Shown in pieces: positions 54,953-64,000 of a DNA stretch of 64,000 bases. The stretch is taken from positions 15,688 through 79,687 of the forward strand of contig JAPLXU010000011.1 of assembly GCA_026395915.1 (NCBI GenBank), read 5' to 3'. The position numbers were made by a program, and so were the translations under genes. The notes beneath the pieces were generated by a model that made no database searches, was not told the DNA's origin, and saw only the letters and a program-made list of their open reading frames with translations. Position 1 is the stretch's first letter. Every line of letters starts with the position of its first letter. Source of the DNA: Candidatus Nomurabacteria bacterium (lineage in GTDB: Bacteria; Patescibacteriota; Minisyncoccia; Phycocordibacterales; UBA9973).

Positions 54953-55066
54953 ATGCTTTTCAACAAAAAACATCAAAAGAAAATACAAGTAGCGTGGGCG
55001 ATTGTCAGCGTTCTCATTATCATCAGCATGATCTTGCTCTATTCGCCGATTTTTAGACTGAAATAA
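54953..55066 (+). CDS. 37-aa single-TM microprotein (DUF4044-like; not in the ORF track)
   Basis: MLFNKKHQKKIQVAWAIVSVLIIISMILLYSPIFRLK*. Confidence 0.55.
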   Translation: MLFNKKHQKKIQVAWAIVSVLIIISMILLYSPIFRLK

Positions 55067-55088
55067 AATAAATTAAGATTTTTTATTT

Positions 55089-55122
55089 TCTACCATCTTT
55101 TACATATGTTCGAGATAGTAGA
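55089..55122. repeat. 34-bp palindrome, solitary copy 3
   Basis: TCTACCATCTTTTACATATGTTCGAGATAGTAGA; reverse complement matches 4693-4726 at 31/34. Confidence 0.85.
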
Positions 55123-55239
55123 CATGAACTTTTTATTAAAAATGATAAAGCCCGCTTCTATGTTGAAAACGGGCCTTTACGATACGCGACAATTTTTTAT
55201 AGAGGAAGTCGCGACGATTCCTATGACGATAGCAAGAGA

Positions 55240-55845
55240 CTACTCCTCCTTCACAAGCAAAAGAAGCAACTCTTCCTCACTCAACTTTTTTAGGTGGGCA
55301 TAAAGAATACTCCTCAGAATAGGTCGTGCCCATATAGGGATGCCAGACTCATCACCCGTTGCCCGTTGCTCAAGGAGTCTTAGCCGACAAGCTTTTTCCA
55401 GAGCAGGACCAGAGATAGATGTGAGTTTCGCAAGGTAGTTTGAAAGCGTACCAAGCTCCGATTCGGGAAGTACTGGAAGTTTCATTCTATTTTTCTCAAA
55501 TAGCAAACTTGCAATTGTCGTGTAAACACATTCCGGAACATAGACATCCGTACCAACCGAGACAGCGATCAAGAGTCCCACGACTACTGCCTGGATACTT
55601 TCCGTTTGGGTGAAACGGTCGTCTTGTAGAGCTTCCTTTAGACTCCTAAGAATTTCTGGGATAGCTAAGGGGCAAGCAAGAACGGAGAGTGCCACATCTG
55701 TTCTTATTTCTTCGCAACCCTCACTGTAAATCCTGCGAGAGACAAGTGCCCATTTTTTCATATCTCCTTGATCACTCGCGAAAAACGCAATTACATCAAG
55801 AGATTTTGTAACCAGACCCATCTGCTTTATTTCTTTTTCAGTCAT
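55240..55845 (-). CDS. Hypothetical protein (orphan)
   Basis: 201-aa ORF with a structured leader. Confidence 0.6.
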   Translation of the reverse strand: MTEKEIKQMGLVTKSLDVIAFFASDQGDMKKWALVSRRIYSEGCEEIRTDVALSVLACPLAIPEILRSLKEALQDDRFTQTESIQAVVVGLLIAVSVGTDVYVPECVYTTIASLLFEKNRMKLPVLPESELGTLSNYLAKLTSISGPALEKACRLRLLEQRATGDESGIPIWARPILRSILYAHLKKLSEEELLLLLVKEE

Positions 55846-56029
55846 GACAAACCCTTTCAGGTTTTACTTCCCTTTCAGGAAGAATTTTTCAAGGTTCAAT
55901 ACAGTTGTTGAGCATCCCCTTTCAGGTAGCCTGCCCTTTGAGGCAAAGATCATCGTGAACCGTTTCAACAATCTACTTGTAAATATAACATTTTGTTAAC
56001 TTGTTGTAAAGTACACCGTAATATTAATT

Positions 56030-57886
56030 CTATTTCTCCCCACTACGCATCATTTTCAGGAATACATCTTGCGGGATGTTTACTTTGCCTCTTTCTTTCA
56101 TTTTCTTCTTGCCCTTTTTTTGTTTTTCCCTGAGTTTCATCTTTCGAGTGATGTCACCTCCATACATGTGCGCAGTGACGTCTTTTTTCATGCCGGAAAG
56201 CGTACGGGAAGAAATAATTCTTCCAAAAGCTTTGCCTTGGATTTTCAGAGTAAACATTTGTCTTGGCAAAAGACTCTCGAGTTTCAAAACGGATTGTTCC
56301 GCCTCAATCTCCGCTCTTTTTTTGGAAACAACTTTAGAAAAAGCCGGCACAGGTTCGTCTGCAACAAGAACGTCTAATCGTGTGACATTCGCTTCGCGAT
56401 TTTCGGCTATTTCATAAGATATTGATCCATAACCAGACGTCGCGCTTTTTAGTTCATCAAAAAAATTACGCATAAGCTCGCGGAGAGGCATTCGAACAGA
56501 CAAAGATGATCTATTATCTCCAAAATTTTCCGTGTCCCCCACTTCCCCTTCGTGATCAAAAAGGATTTGCATAATATTGCCTAGATAATTCGATGGCGAG
56601 ATTATTTTCGCGTTCACCCATGGCTCAAAAACTGTCTTGATATTGCCATCGTCAGGAAAAAAATATGGAGAATAAACTTTTTCCCCGCCTGCAACGCTTT
56701 GCGTAGCATTGCGGGCAGGTCTTTTGTCATCATTGTAAAACACTTCATAGACGATAGAAGGCGTAGTTATGACCAAATTCAAATTAAATTCCCGCTTCAG
56801 TCTTTCTGTGATAATTTCTAAATGAAGCATGCCAAGAAAACCACAGCGGAATCCTCTGCCGAGAGATCCAGACGATTCTTCTTCAAAAGAAAAAGATGAA
56901 TCAGAAAGCTTTAATTTGCCCAAGGCTAGCTTGAGAAGAGCAAAATCGTCAGCATCTTCTGGAAAAACACTAGCCCAAACCACAGGCATAGGTTGCATAT
57001 ATCCTGAAAGCGCCTCTAAGGGAAATTCTGCTTTTGTGATAGTGTCTCCGACGGAAGCAATACCCGGCTTCTTGATGCCAGTGACAATATAGCCAATCTC
57101 TCCAGAAGAAAGAGACTCATGCGCATTTTCTTCAGGCGAAAATATGCCAACCTCCAAAGCGGTGAATTTTTCGTTTGACACAGCAAAAATCAAATCATCA
57201 CCTTTTTTCACATGACCATCAAGAATGCGTACAAAAACTATCACCCCACGATGATTTGAATACTTGAAATCAAAAACAAGAGCACGCAAAATATTCGGCT
57301 CACTTTCATTTTGAGAAGTTTTCGGCGCCGGGACACGTTTAATAATTTCTTGTAAAAGATTTTCCACTCCCTCTCCCGTCCTGCCAGACACTTGCAGAAT
57401 TTCTTCTTTTTTGCAATTTAAAAGTTTTACAACTTCGTCCTCTACTTCCGATATCCTTGCGAGTGGTGAATCAATTTTTGTGATAACCGGAATAATTTTT
57501 TTGATCATTTTTGAATCTTCTCCTTTAGCCATCGCAAGGGTAGTGAGAGTCTGCGCTTGGACTCCTTGAGTAGAATCAACCAATAAAATTGAACCTTCGA
57601 CAGCTTTCAAGGCGCGCGAAACTTCATAAGAAAAATCCACGTGACCCGGAGTATCAATAAGATTTAATATGTACTTTTCTTTATTGAAAGTATATTCCAT
57701 CCTAACAGGTTGCATTTTGATAGTGATCCCCCGTTCACGTTCGAGTTCCATTGAGTCGAGCACTTGGTCGCGCATCAAACGTTCTGGAACAGTGTGCGTA
57801 ATCTCAAGCATCCTGTCTGCCAAAGTGCTTTTGCCGTGGTCAATATGCGCAATTATTGAGAAATTTCTAATGTGTTTTAAATCCAT
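56030..57886 (-). CDS. lepA: Elongation factor 4 with an in-frame repeat insert
   Basis: IRNFSIIAHIDHGKSTLADR, GFRCGFLGMLH, YGGDITRK. Confidence 0.98.
   Translation of the reverse strand: MDLKHIRNFSIIAHIDHGKSTLADRMLEITHTVPERLMRDQVLDSMELERERGITIKMQPVRMEYTFNKEKYILNLIDTPGHVDFSYEVSRALKAVEGSILLVDSTQGVQAQTLTTLAMAKGEDSKMIKKIIPVITKIDSPLARISEVEDEVVKLLNCKKEEILQVSGRTGEGVENLLQEIIKRVPAPKTSQNESEPNILRALVFDFKYSNHRGVIVFVRILDGHVKKGDDLIFAVSNEKFTALEVGIFSPEENAHESLSSGEIGYIVTGIKKPGIASVGDTITKAEFPLEALSGYMQPMPVVWASVFPEDADDFALLKLALGKLKLSDSSFSFEEESSGSLGRGFRCGFLGMLHLEIITERLKREFNLNLVITTPSIVYEVFYNDDKRPARNATQSVAGGEKVYSPYFFPDDGNIKTVFEPWVNAKIISPSNYLGNIMQILFDHEGEVGDTENFGDNRSSLSVRMPLRELMRNFFDELKSATSGYGSISYEIAENREANVTRLDVLVADEPVPAFSKVVSKKRAEIEAEQSVLKLESLLPRQMFTLKIQGKAFGRIISSRTLSGMKKDVTAHMYGGDITRKMKLREKQKKGKKKMKERGKVNIPQDVFLKMMRSGEK
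56684..56719 (-). repeat. 36-bp variant of the coding palindromic element (PARNATQSVAGG) in lepA
   Basis: Sense strand CCTGCCCGCAATGCTACGCAAAGCGTTGCAGGCGGG. Confidence 0.92.
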
Positions 57887-57889
57887 AAA

Positions 57890-59665
57890 TTAAATTACAT
57901 TTCTAAATCCTCCAGCCTGGAGATCCCAGAATTTTTTATACAATCCGCTTTCTTTTTTCACAAGCTCATCATGTATTCCATCTTCAATAATTTTCCCTTT
58001 TTCAATCACAATTATTCTATCCATTTCTCGGATAGTGGAGAGTCTATGAGCGATAACAATCGTCGTCTTTCCTCTGATAAGCGTGTGAAGCGCGTCTTGG
58101 ATTAAAGATTCGGAATGTGAATCGAGAGAACTCGTCGCCTCGTCTAAAACAAGAATTGGCGCGTCTTTGAGAATGGCTCTCGCGATAGCGACACGTTGGC
58201 GTTCACCACCTGAAAGTTTTACTCCCCTTTCGCCGACATAAGTTTCATAACCATTTGGCAGAGCGTCGATAAATTCGTCGCAGTGCGCGAGATGTGCCGC
58301 AATTAAAACTTCTTCGTCAGTCGCGTCGCGTTTGCCATAACGTATATTTTCTAAAAGAGAACGATGGAAAAGCACAGGATCTTGAGGCACAAAAGAAATT
58401 TTTTCTCGTAGATTTTTTTGAGAAACTTTAGAAATATCAATTCCATCAATCATGATTTTTCCTGAATTGAGATTGAACAATCTGAGAAGCAAACGAACAA
58501 AAGTGGTTTTCCCAGCTCCAGAAGAGCCGACAATCGCTATTTTTTGTCCAGCTGGAATTGTCAGAGAAAAATCATCCAGCACTTTTGAAGTATTATTTTC
58601 ATAAACATATTGCACGTTTTCAAACATAACTTCCCCTTTTATTTTATCCATCTCTTGCGCAGGATCATCTACAATTTCATACGGAGTGCTCAAGATGACA
58701 GCCATTTCTTCAGCGTCGGCAAAACTTTCATAGTAAGCGCGGACAATGCCACCAAAGCTCCACAGATTTTCAATCAAACGAATCAGATAATTTTGCAGGA
58801 GGACAATAACCGGCAAAGTTATCAAACCGAGTTTCCAATCGCCAATAACAACCCAGAAAATAATAAATTCGATAGCGAGCGAATAAAAACTTTCTATTGA
58901 ACCGAGTCCTTCCCAAAGATACCAATTAAAAACCATTTTCTTTTCTTGTTCTCGTATAACTCCACCGACGCGTTCTCTTTCATAATTCTGGCCAGTAAAT
59001 AATTGAATTGAAGAATGATTGCCGATTGAATCAGACAGGGCGCCTGTGGTTTTTGAATCAGCCTCGGCAACAATAACATCATATTTCAACTTGAGGCGGA
59101 TATATATAAAAGCTGTTAATAAAAACACTACACAAAAAACCGTCAGAATATAAGAATATTTCGGAGACAAACTATAAATCGCAATAACAGTGCCGACGCT
59201 ACGAACAATAAGAGGCAGACCATCAGCCATCATCCTGTCAGTGATTTTTTCAAACGCTCTTGCGTATCTGTTTATTCTCTGAGCTAGTGAACCGCTAAAA
59301 TTATTCACAAAAAATGAATGTGAATGCTCAATCATATATGAGAAGGCTTGCTTACGAAGACCAGCAATAGTTTCCGCTTCAAAGTACGCTAGAGAAAATC
59401 CTGAAATTCTGCGAAGTATCCAACGGAAAAAGTTTAAAAACAAAACGAGAAGAATGATGGATTGAGCCACTTTCACAACCGTAAAGTCGTTTGCAGTTAA
59501 AACATTCCAGAGTCTTAAATATTGAAGCGGAATAAAAACATCAAGCGCCGAACTAGCCACAGTTAGAATCACCACTGAAAAAAGAGAGACCTTGAATTGT
59601 CTCATTATCTGCCAGAAATATTTAAGCACCAAACCACGGTGCAAATTTGAATAATCTTTTTCCAT
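57890..59665 (-). CDS. ABC exporter, fused permease/ATPase
   Basis: GSSGAGKTT, LSGGERQR, LDEATSSLD. Start moved to MEKDYS. Confidence 0.93.
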   Translation of the reverse strand: MEKDYSNLHRGLVLKYFWQIMRQFKVSLFSVVILTVASSALDVFIPLQYLRLWNVLTANDFTVVKVAQSIILLVLFLNFFRWILRRISGFSLAYFEAETIAGLRKQAFSYMIEHSHSFFVNNFSGSLAQRINRYARAFEKITDRMMADGLPLIVRSVGTVIAIYSLSPKYSYILTVFCVVFLLTAFIYIRLKLKYDVIVAEADSKTTGALSDSIGNHSSIQLFTGQNYERERVGGVIREQEKKMVFNWYLWEGLGSIESFYSLAIEFIIFWVVIGDWKLGLITLPVIVLLQNYLIRLIENLWSFGGIVRAYYESFADAEEMAVILSTPYEIVDDPAQEMDKIKGEVMFENVQYVYENNTSKVLDDFSLTIPAGQKIAIVGSSGAGKTTFVRLLLRLFNLNSGKIMIDGIDISKVSQKNLREKISFVPQDPVLFHRSLLENIRYGKRDATDEEVLIAAHLAHCDEFIDALPNGYETYVGERGVKLSGGERQRVAIARAILKDAPILVLDEATSSLDSHSESLIQDALHTLIRGKTTIVIAHRLSTIREMDRIIVIEKGKIIEDGIHDELVKKESGLYKKFWDLQAGGFRNVI

Positions 59666-59666
59666 A

Positions 59667-59708
59667 TAAGGACAGTCCTTAAGAGAGTTTCCCCAAGGAC
59701 TGTCCTTA
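59667..59708. repeat. Inverted doublet of AAGGACWGTCCTT (REPIN-like)
   Basis: TAAGGACAGTCCTT-N14-AAGGACTGTCCTTA. Confidence 0.75.
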
Positions 59709-59732
59709 ATTCTAGCAGAAAAAACCTTTATT

Positions 59733-61412
59733 TCAAAGCTCTTCCTGAGACGGAGCAATAATCCCGCCACGCCAGAATTTGGTTTTGAGAGCTTTTGTAA
59801 CATCTTTCAACTCTTCATTTTTCAAAAGATATAGCACCAAAATAGCTGTCGCAATGCCGAGAATCCCGGAAATAAACCCTTGGAAAAACACTCCGAGAAA
59901 AGTAGTTGTGCCAAAAATCGGCGAGAAAATATTCAAACTGATGTAGGTGACAATACCCAAAAAAAATGACGCACCCAGACTTTGGAAAAAAGTCTTCATT
60001 ATGAAAGGTTCTTTTGGCATAAAATCTCTTTTCACAAAAATCCAATGTAAAATAAAATTTAAAACGGTGCCGACAGAATAAGCGAGCGGAAGCATCAACA
60101 CTTCCGTGCCAGAAATGCCGTTCACCTTGAGCAAGGACTCTATGAAAAAACGAAAGACTAAAACATTTTCAAAAAGATGGATAAAAACATAAGACAAAAT
60201 TATAATCAGAATAGAGCAGGAAAAATTGACTATGAGGGGACGTTTGGTGTTGCCGTTCGCATAATACGACCTCGACAAAAGAGCAATCATTCCTTGCGCA
60301 AGAACGGAAACGGAAAAGATCGCAAGTGATGCCGCCACTAGACGAGTATTGTCCCAGGAAAAAGATCCGGAACCGAGTATCACTCGCACAATCTGCGCGC
60401 GAAGCACGATAAAAAGAAAAGTAACCGGCAAAGACCAGAAAATTATCGCCCGAGCGGCGGATCGGAGATGATTTTTAAATTCGTCCATTTTTCCAAAAGA
60501 AATGGACTTCGCCAAGGTTGGAAAAGCGGCAACTGCGTAAGAAATGCCGATAATGTTGAGAGGTACTGATTGAAGATTAAAAGCAAAATTAAATACCGAG
60601 ATGGAACCGCTCTTTAAAAATGAAGCGAAAGCGATGATAGAAATGAGGGCAATATTGTTAAAAGCAAGACCCAAAGTTCTCGGAAGTGACGTGAAGGCAA
60701 CTCTTTTGATATCTTCAAAATTGATAGCGAAAGAAAATCTTGGAGTAAACCCACAGGACTTCGCTGAAATAGCTTGAATAAGAAAATGCATGAATGCGCC
60801 TAAGGCGACGCCGAGAGCTAGCCCATAAATTCCAAAAATCGGGTAGAAAAATACGACGCCGACAATGATGCCTAAATTATAAAAAATCGGACTTAAGGCG
60901 TAAATAAAAAATCGACGAAAAAGTTGAGTGACCGTACCAAAAAGATTTGAAAGTCCCATCAAGATCGGAGAAAGCAACATTATACGAGAAAGTGTTACTA
61001 GTCTCGCTTGGAAAAGTGGAGCAAAACCTGGAGCTATAAAAGGTACAAGAAGAGGGAGAAGAAAAAAAGCTATGAGAGAAATAAAAACTATCACCGCAAA
61101 AAAGACAGTGAAAACATCATTCAAATATTTTCGCGCTTCGTCCGTCACTTTGTCTCCATCCATTTTTTTTGTAATGAACGGAATTAGCACAGTAATGGAA
61201 GCAAGAGAAGCAATGCAAATAAAAATGAGATCAGGCACTCGGAAAGCTGCGTAATAGGCATCTAGAGACGGCGAAGGCCCGATGAAGTGAGCTATTGAGC
61301 GATCGCGAAAGAGAGCCAAGACTTGCGAAAGCAAAGTGAAAAAACCCAATAAAAGCGCCGCTTGATTGATATTTACAGATTCTTTACTGAAAAGTCTAAA
61401 AATTTTCTCCAT
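59733..61412 (-). CDS. murJ: Lipid II flippase MurJ
   Basis: LSQVLALFRD, DAYYAAFRVPD, AAFPTL, YYANGNTKRP. Confidence 0.92.
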   Translation of the reverse strand: MEKIFRLFSKESVNINQAALLLGFFTLLSQVLALFRDRSIAHFIGPSPSLDAYYAAFRVPDLIFICIASLASITVLIPFITKKMDGDKVTDEARKYLNDVFTVFFAVIVFISLIAFFLLPLLVPFIAPGFAPLFQARLVTLSRIMLLSPILMGLSNLFGTVTQLFRRFFIYALSPIFYNLGIIVGVVFFYPIFGIYGLALGVALGAFMHFLIQAISAKSCGFTPRFSFAINFEDIKRVAFTSLPRTLGLAFNNIALISIIAFASFLKSGSISVFNFAFNLQSVPLNIIGISYAVAAFPTLAKSISFGKMDEFKNHLRSAARAIIFWSLPVTFLFIVLRAQIVRVILGSGSFSWDNTRLVAASLAIFSVSVLAQGMIALLSRSYYANGNTKRPLIVNFSCSILIIILSYVFIHLFENVLVFRFFIESLLKVNGISGTEVLMLPLAYSVGTVLNFILHWIFVKRDFMPKEPFIMKTFFQSLGASFFLGIVTYISLNIFSPIFGTTTFLGVFFQGFISGILGIATAILVLYLLKNEELKDVTKALKTKFWRGGIIAPSQEEL

Positions 61413-61422
61413 TTATCTTTCT

Positions 61423-63543
61423 TTATGGCTTTTTTGTGGTTGTTTTTGTAGATGGTTTCGTTGTTGCAGGAGTCAAAGTTTTTAGAGAATCAACATATTT
61501 TATCAAATTTGCATCAGTTGGAGTGATAGAAAGAGCTTCCTCTCCATAACTAAGGGCGTTTGCATTGTTGCCTTCGCTTTTTGCTATTTGAGAAAGGGTG
61601 ACTAGCGCGTCAACATAATCCGGCTTGAGAGCGAGAGCGGAATTCGCGTAATCTCTCGCCTCTTTGATTTTTCCGTCTAGAAACGACGCAGTCGCCATGG
61701 AAAGTTTGAGACCCGGATTGAGCGGATTCAAATTGGAAGCGCTTTGATAAGCGACGACGGCCTCGCTATAAGCATTCTTTACCCCGAGCGAACCCACTGC
61801 TTGATAGACCGAACCGAGCAATTGAAAATTTACATAATTTGACGGATCATATCCTGTCGCCAACTGCGCGCTTTTTACAGCTTGATCAAAACTTGCTTGC
61901 AAATCTGTCTTGTCGCTATCAGACAAGGCCGAACCTTTACCCACTATAGAATTTAATTTTCCAAGATACACCTGCGAATAAGTGCGTAGATATAAATCAC
62001 TCGTGAAAAGAGAAAGGGCTTTGCTTATGGAACTTTCGGCGACTGCTTCTGTTTGCGCTGACAACGCTTTTCCAAAATATGGAACTGAAGATACTCGCTC
62101 GAAATACTTAAACGCAAGCGCGATAGAAATAATTATCAGGAAAATAAGGAAAAGCATCGAAAAGAAACTTTTTCTGTGATCACTCAAGAACGATATGGAT
62201 ACTTCTCTATCTGAATTGGAGTTAACTAAACCAACAAACACTCCTGTGAAAGCGAGAGATAACAAAAACATCACGACTCCAGTCGAATAAAAGAAAGAGG
62301 AAACGAACAAATAAAGAGATAAAATGAAAAACGCCATCATCTCCCAATTCGTTCCTTTCTTGATACTCAAAAACACCGACTTAACACCAATAATCAAAAA
62401 CAGAATAAAAAAAGTAAGCCAAGCGAGAATGTTTAGAATTCCGGCTGTGGCAGTTAAAGTTGGTAGCAATCCTGAGCCAAAATCAAAAGAAGTGTCCCAA
62501 AATTGGGTGCCATTTATAGCCTGTGGCTTGTACATTGACCACGCTTCTTTGAATCTGTTTGGGCCAACTCCAAAAATAGGATGAGCAAAAAGCACTCCTT
62601 TTGTTATAGACATAGTCGATCCAAGAGAAGGGCTGACTTCGGAATTTGATATCTGCAAATAATTTGGAATAATGCTCCCGATAGAACTCCCCGACATAAA
62701 GAACAAGAGAGAAATCATCACAACAACAAAAGGAATTACTGGGAAATGCTTTCTCCCGCCTGCATCAGCTATGCTGAAAGCATTGCGGGCAGGCTCGTCC
62801 ATTTCCCCTCCACCTTTCTCATAAGTAGTCGAGGCCTTGTAGACAAAAATGACCAAGCTGGAGATTCCGAGAATTATCCAAACCAATGGAGAATTTACTG
62901 CCGCCGCTACCAATATTCCGAGCAAAATAAATATTTGAAGCAAGATTTTTTCCACTTTGGAAATAGGAAAAAATTCAATAACCAAAAGAAACATCAGACA
63001 AGAAAATCCGGCAAAAAGGCCGAGCGCGTTCCACGAACCCAAAATATTGGAAGTCTTATCAGCTAAAATTTTCATTGATGTAGCAACTGGGAAAAATACG
63101 TGAACGCTTTGGAAAATTAGAACCAGAACCGAAGACAATATCGCCCCGAGCAGAACGATCTTCGCCCGTTTAGGTGTCTTGAAGATAATAGAAGACATCA
63201 GCATCAAAACAAAAGCGGAAAAAATAAACCAAAAAGATCCTATGTCAAACATTGTGCCGAACCATGACACTTGCGAGTTGCCAGAAAAAAGAACAGAGAG
63301 AAGTAAAACCAAAACTATGCCGAAACCGGACACTAATAGCCATGATTTCGGAAAAATTATTTTGCCGTCAAAAAATCGAGCAATTGCCCAAAAAATAATA
63401 GAGAGAGTAAGTCCTAAAACCAAGAGCAGACCTTTGGAAGTCTCAATCGGAATGTTTGTAAAAGGCAAACAGAAGAAAGGCAACAAAACAACGACCAAGA
63501 ATAATGACAAGAACGAAAGCCTCTCAAATATATTTTTTTGCAT
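61423..63543 (-). CDS. Multi-TM O-antigen-ligase-like membrane protein with C-terminal TPRs
   Basis: Many TMs; PIFGVGPNRF; TPR-like A..LNP.N and AL.LKPDY. Confidence 0.7.
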   Translation of the reverse strand: MQKNIFERLSFLSLFLVVVLLPFFCLPFTNIPIETSKGLLLVLGLTLSIIFWAIARFFDGKIIFPKSWLLVSGFGIVLVLLLSVLFSGNSQVSWFGTMFDIGSFWFIFSAFVLMLMSSIIFKTPKRAKIVLLGAILSSVLVLIFQSVHVFFPVATSMKILADKTSNILGSWNALGLFAGFSCLMFLLVIEFFPISKVEKILLQIFILLGILVAAAVNSPLVWIILGISSLVIFVYKASTTYEKGGGEMDEPARNAFSIADAGGRKHFPVIPFVVVMISLLFFMSGSSIGSIIPNYLQISNSEVSPSLGSTMSITKGVLFAHPIFGVGPNRFKEAWSMYKPQAINGTQFWDTSFDFGSGLLPTLTATAGILNILAWLTFFILFLIIGVKSVFLSIKKGTNWEMMAFFILSLYLFVSSFFYSTGVVMFLLSLAFTGVFVGLVNSNSDREVSISFLSDHRKSFFSMLFLIFLIIISIALAFKYFERVSSVPYFGKALSAQTEAVAESSISKALSLFTSDLYLRTYSQVYLGKLNSIVGKGSALSDSDKTDLQASFDQAVKSAQLATGYDPSNYVNFQLLGSVYQAVGSLGVKNAYSEAVVAYQSASNLNPLNPGLKLSMATASFLDGKIKEARDYANSALALKPDYVDALVTLSQIAKSEGNNANALSYGEEALSITPTDANLIKYVDSLKTLTPATTKPSTKTTTKKP
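62755..62793 (-). repeat. 39-bp coding palindromic element (PARNAFSIADAGG)
   Basis: 38/39 identical to the murF and valS copies. Confidence 0.95.
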
Positions 63544-63582
63544 AAGCCCAATTATATTATATTTTAACTAATAAAAAAAACT

Positions 63583-63768
63583 TCATTTTGCGTTCAATTC
63601 CAATAATTTTTTTTCTTCTTCATCTAATAATTTATGCTTCTTTAAAAAATCTAATATGGGCTTTCCACATTTTGAACAAAAATCATTAAAAATAACATAA
63701 CCGACACCAGCTTTTACAGGCTTATCCTTTAACTTCTTCCCACAAATATCGCACTTTGTAAGATTCAT
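63583..63768 (-). CDS. Small Zn-ribbon-like protein
   Basis: CDIC ... CSKC pairs. Confidence 0.55.
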   Translation of the reverse strand: MNLTKCDICGKKLKDKPVKAGVGYVIFNDFCSKCGKPILDFLKKHKLLDEEEKKLLELNAK

Positions 63769-63811
63769 ATGTTTACATTGTATCAAGTGTTATTTTTTAT
63801 GCAAATTTATT

Positions 63812-63853
63812 CCCCTCTTGAGGGGTGGATTTTGTAATCAAAAGACGGGGTGG
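63812..63853. repeat. Solitary repeat related to the DUF559-flanking family
   Basis: Reverse complement CCACCCCG-TCTTTTG.ATTA.CAAAATC-CA-CCCCTC-AA-GAGGGG. Confidence 0.6.
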
Positions 63854-64000
63854 ATTGCATTTTTTCCTCACTTTTTTAGCTTGACATTGGTTTTGGGTTT
63901 GCTATACTTCCAGTACAAGTGCCTTCGGGCTCGCCCTTCGAAAGAAGGGAGACAAGTCAAAAAACACATTAGAAAAAACTTCTGATGTGTTTTTGTATTC

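Noticed and set aside
238-63571. Numerous short overlapping or antisense ORFs in the track
   Set aside because: Shadows of well-supported genes or tRNAs (e.g. 33034..33273 and 42124..42408), with no motifs or RBS.
63920-64000. Hairpins at the window end (CCCTTC-GAAA-GAAGGG after TGCTATACT)
   Set aside because: Possibly the start of a leader or ncRNA, but truncated by the window and not interpretable.

Overview
AT-rich, gene-dense bacterial window using the standard code 11. Gene content and style suggest a Patescibacteria/CPR (Parcubacteria-like) chromosome; this is an inference. Housekeeping genes include rplY, class I aldolase, gatB, obg, rmuC, mraZ-rsmH-ftsL-ftsI-murF, lysS, greA, rpsU, ybeY, ftsA, ftsZ, gdhA, tsaD, pyrF, valS, ppsA, eno, lepA and murJ, plus seven tRNAs. 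The most striking signal is a set of short palindromic (REP-like) elements. One 36-39 bp element sits in-frame, in the same frame and orientation, in four unrelated genes (murF, valS, lepA and a TPR membrane protein) and adds the peptide PARNASSIADAGG. Other hairpin families sit in-frame in gatB, tsaD, eno, valS and trxB. Three small nuclease-fold genes are each bracketed by their own palindrome family: a RAYT between ftsA and ftsZ, a DUF559 nuclease, and a solitary wHTH-Cas2/PaaX-like gene. Also present: a cobalamin riboswitch ahead of transcobalamin-like surface proteins; an HTH-LAGLIDADG-like gene whose stop codon lies inside tRNA-Arg; a dead IS30 that split a gene facing a candidate small-RNA unit; and a possible glycerate-to-PEP/pyruvate gene cluster. 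Family assignments come from recognised motifs, not database searches.
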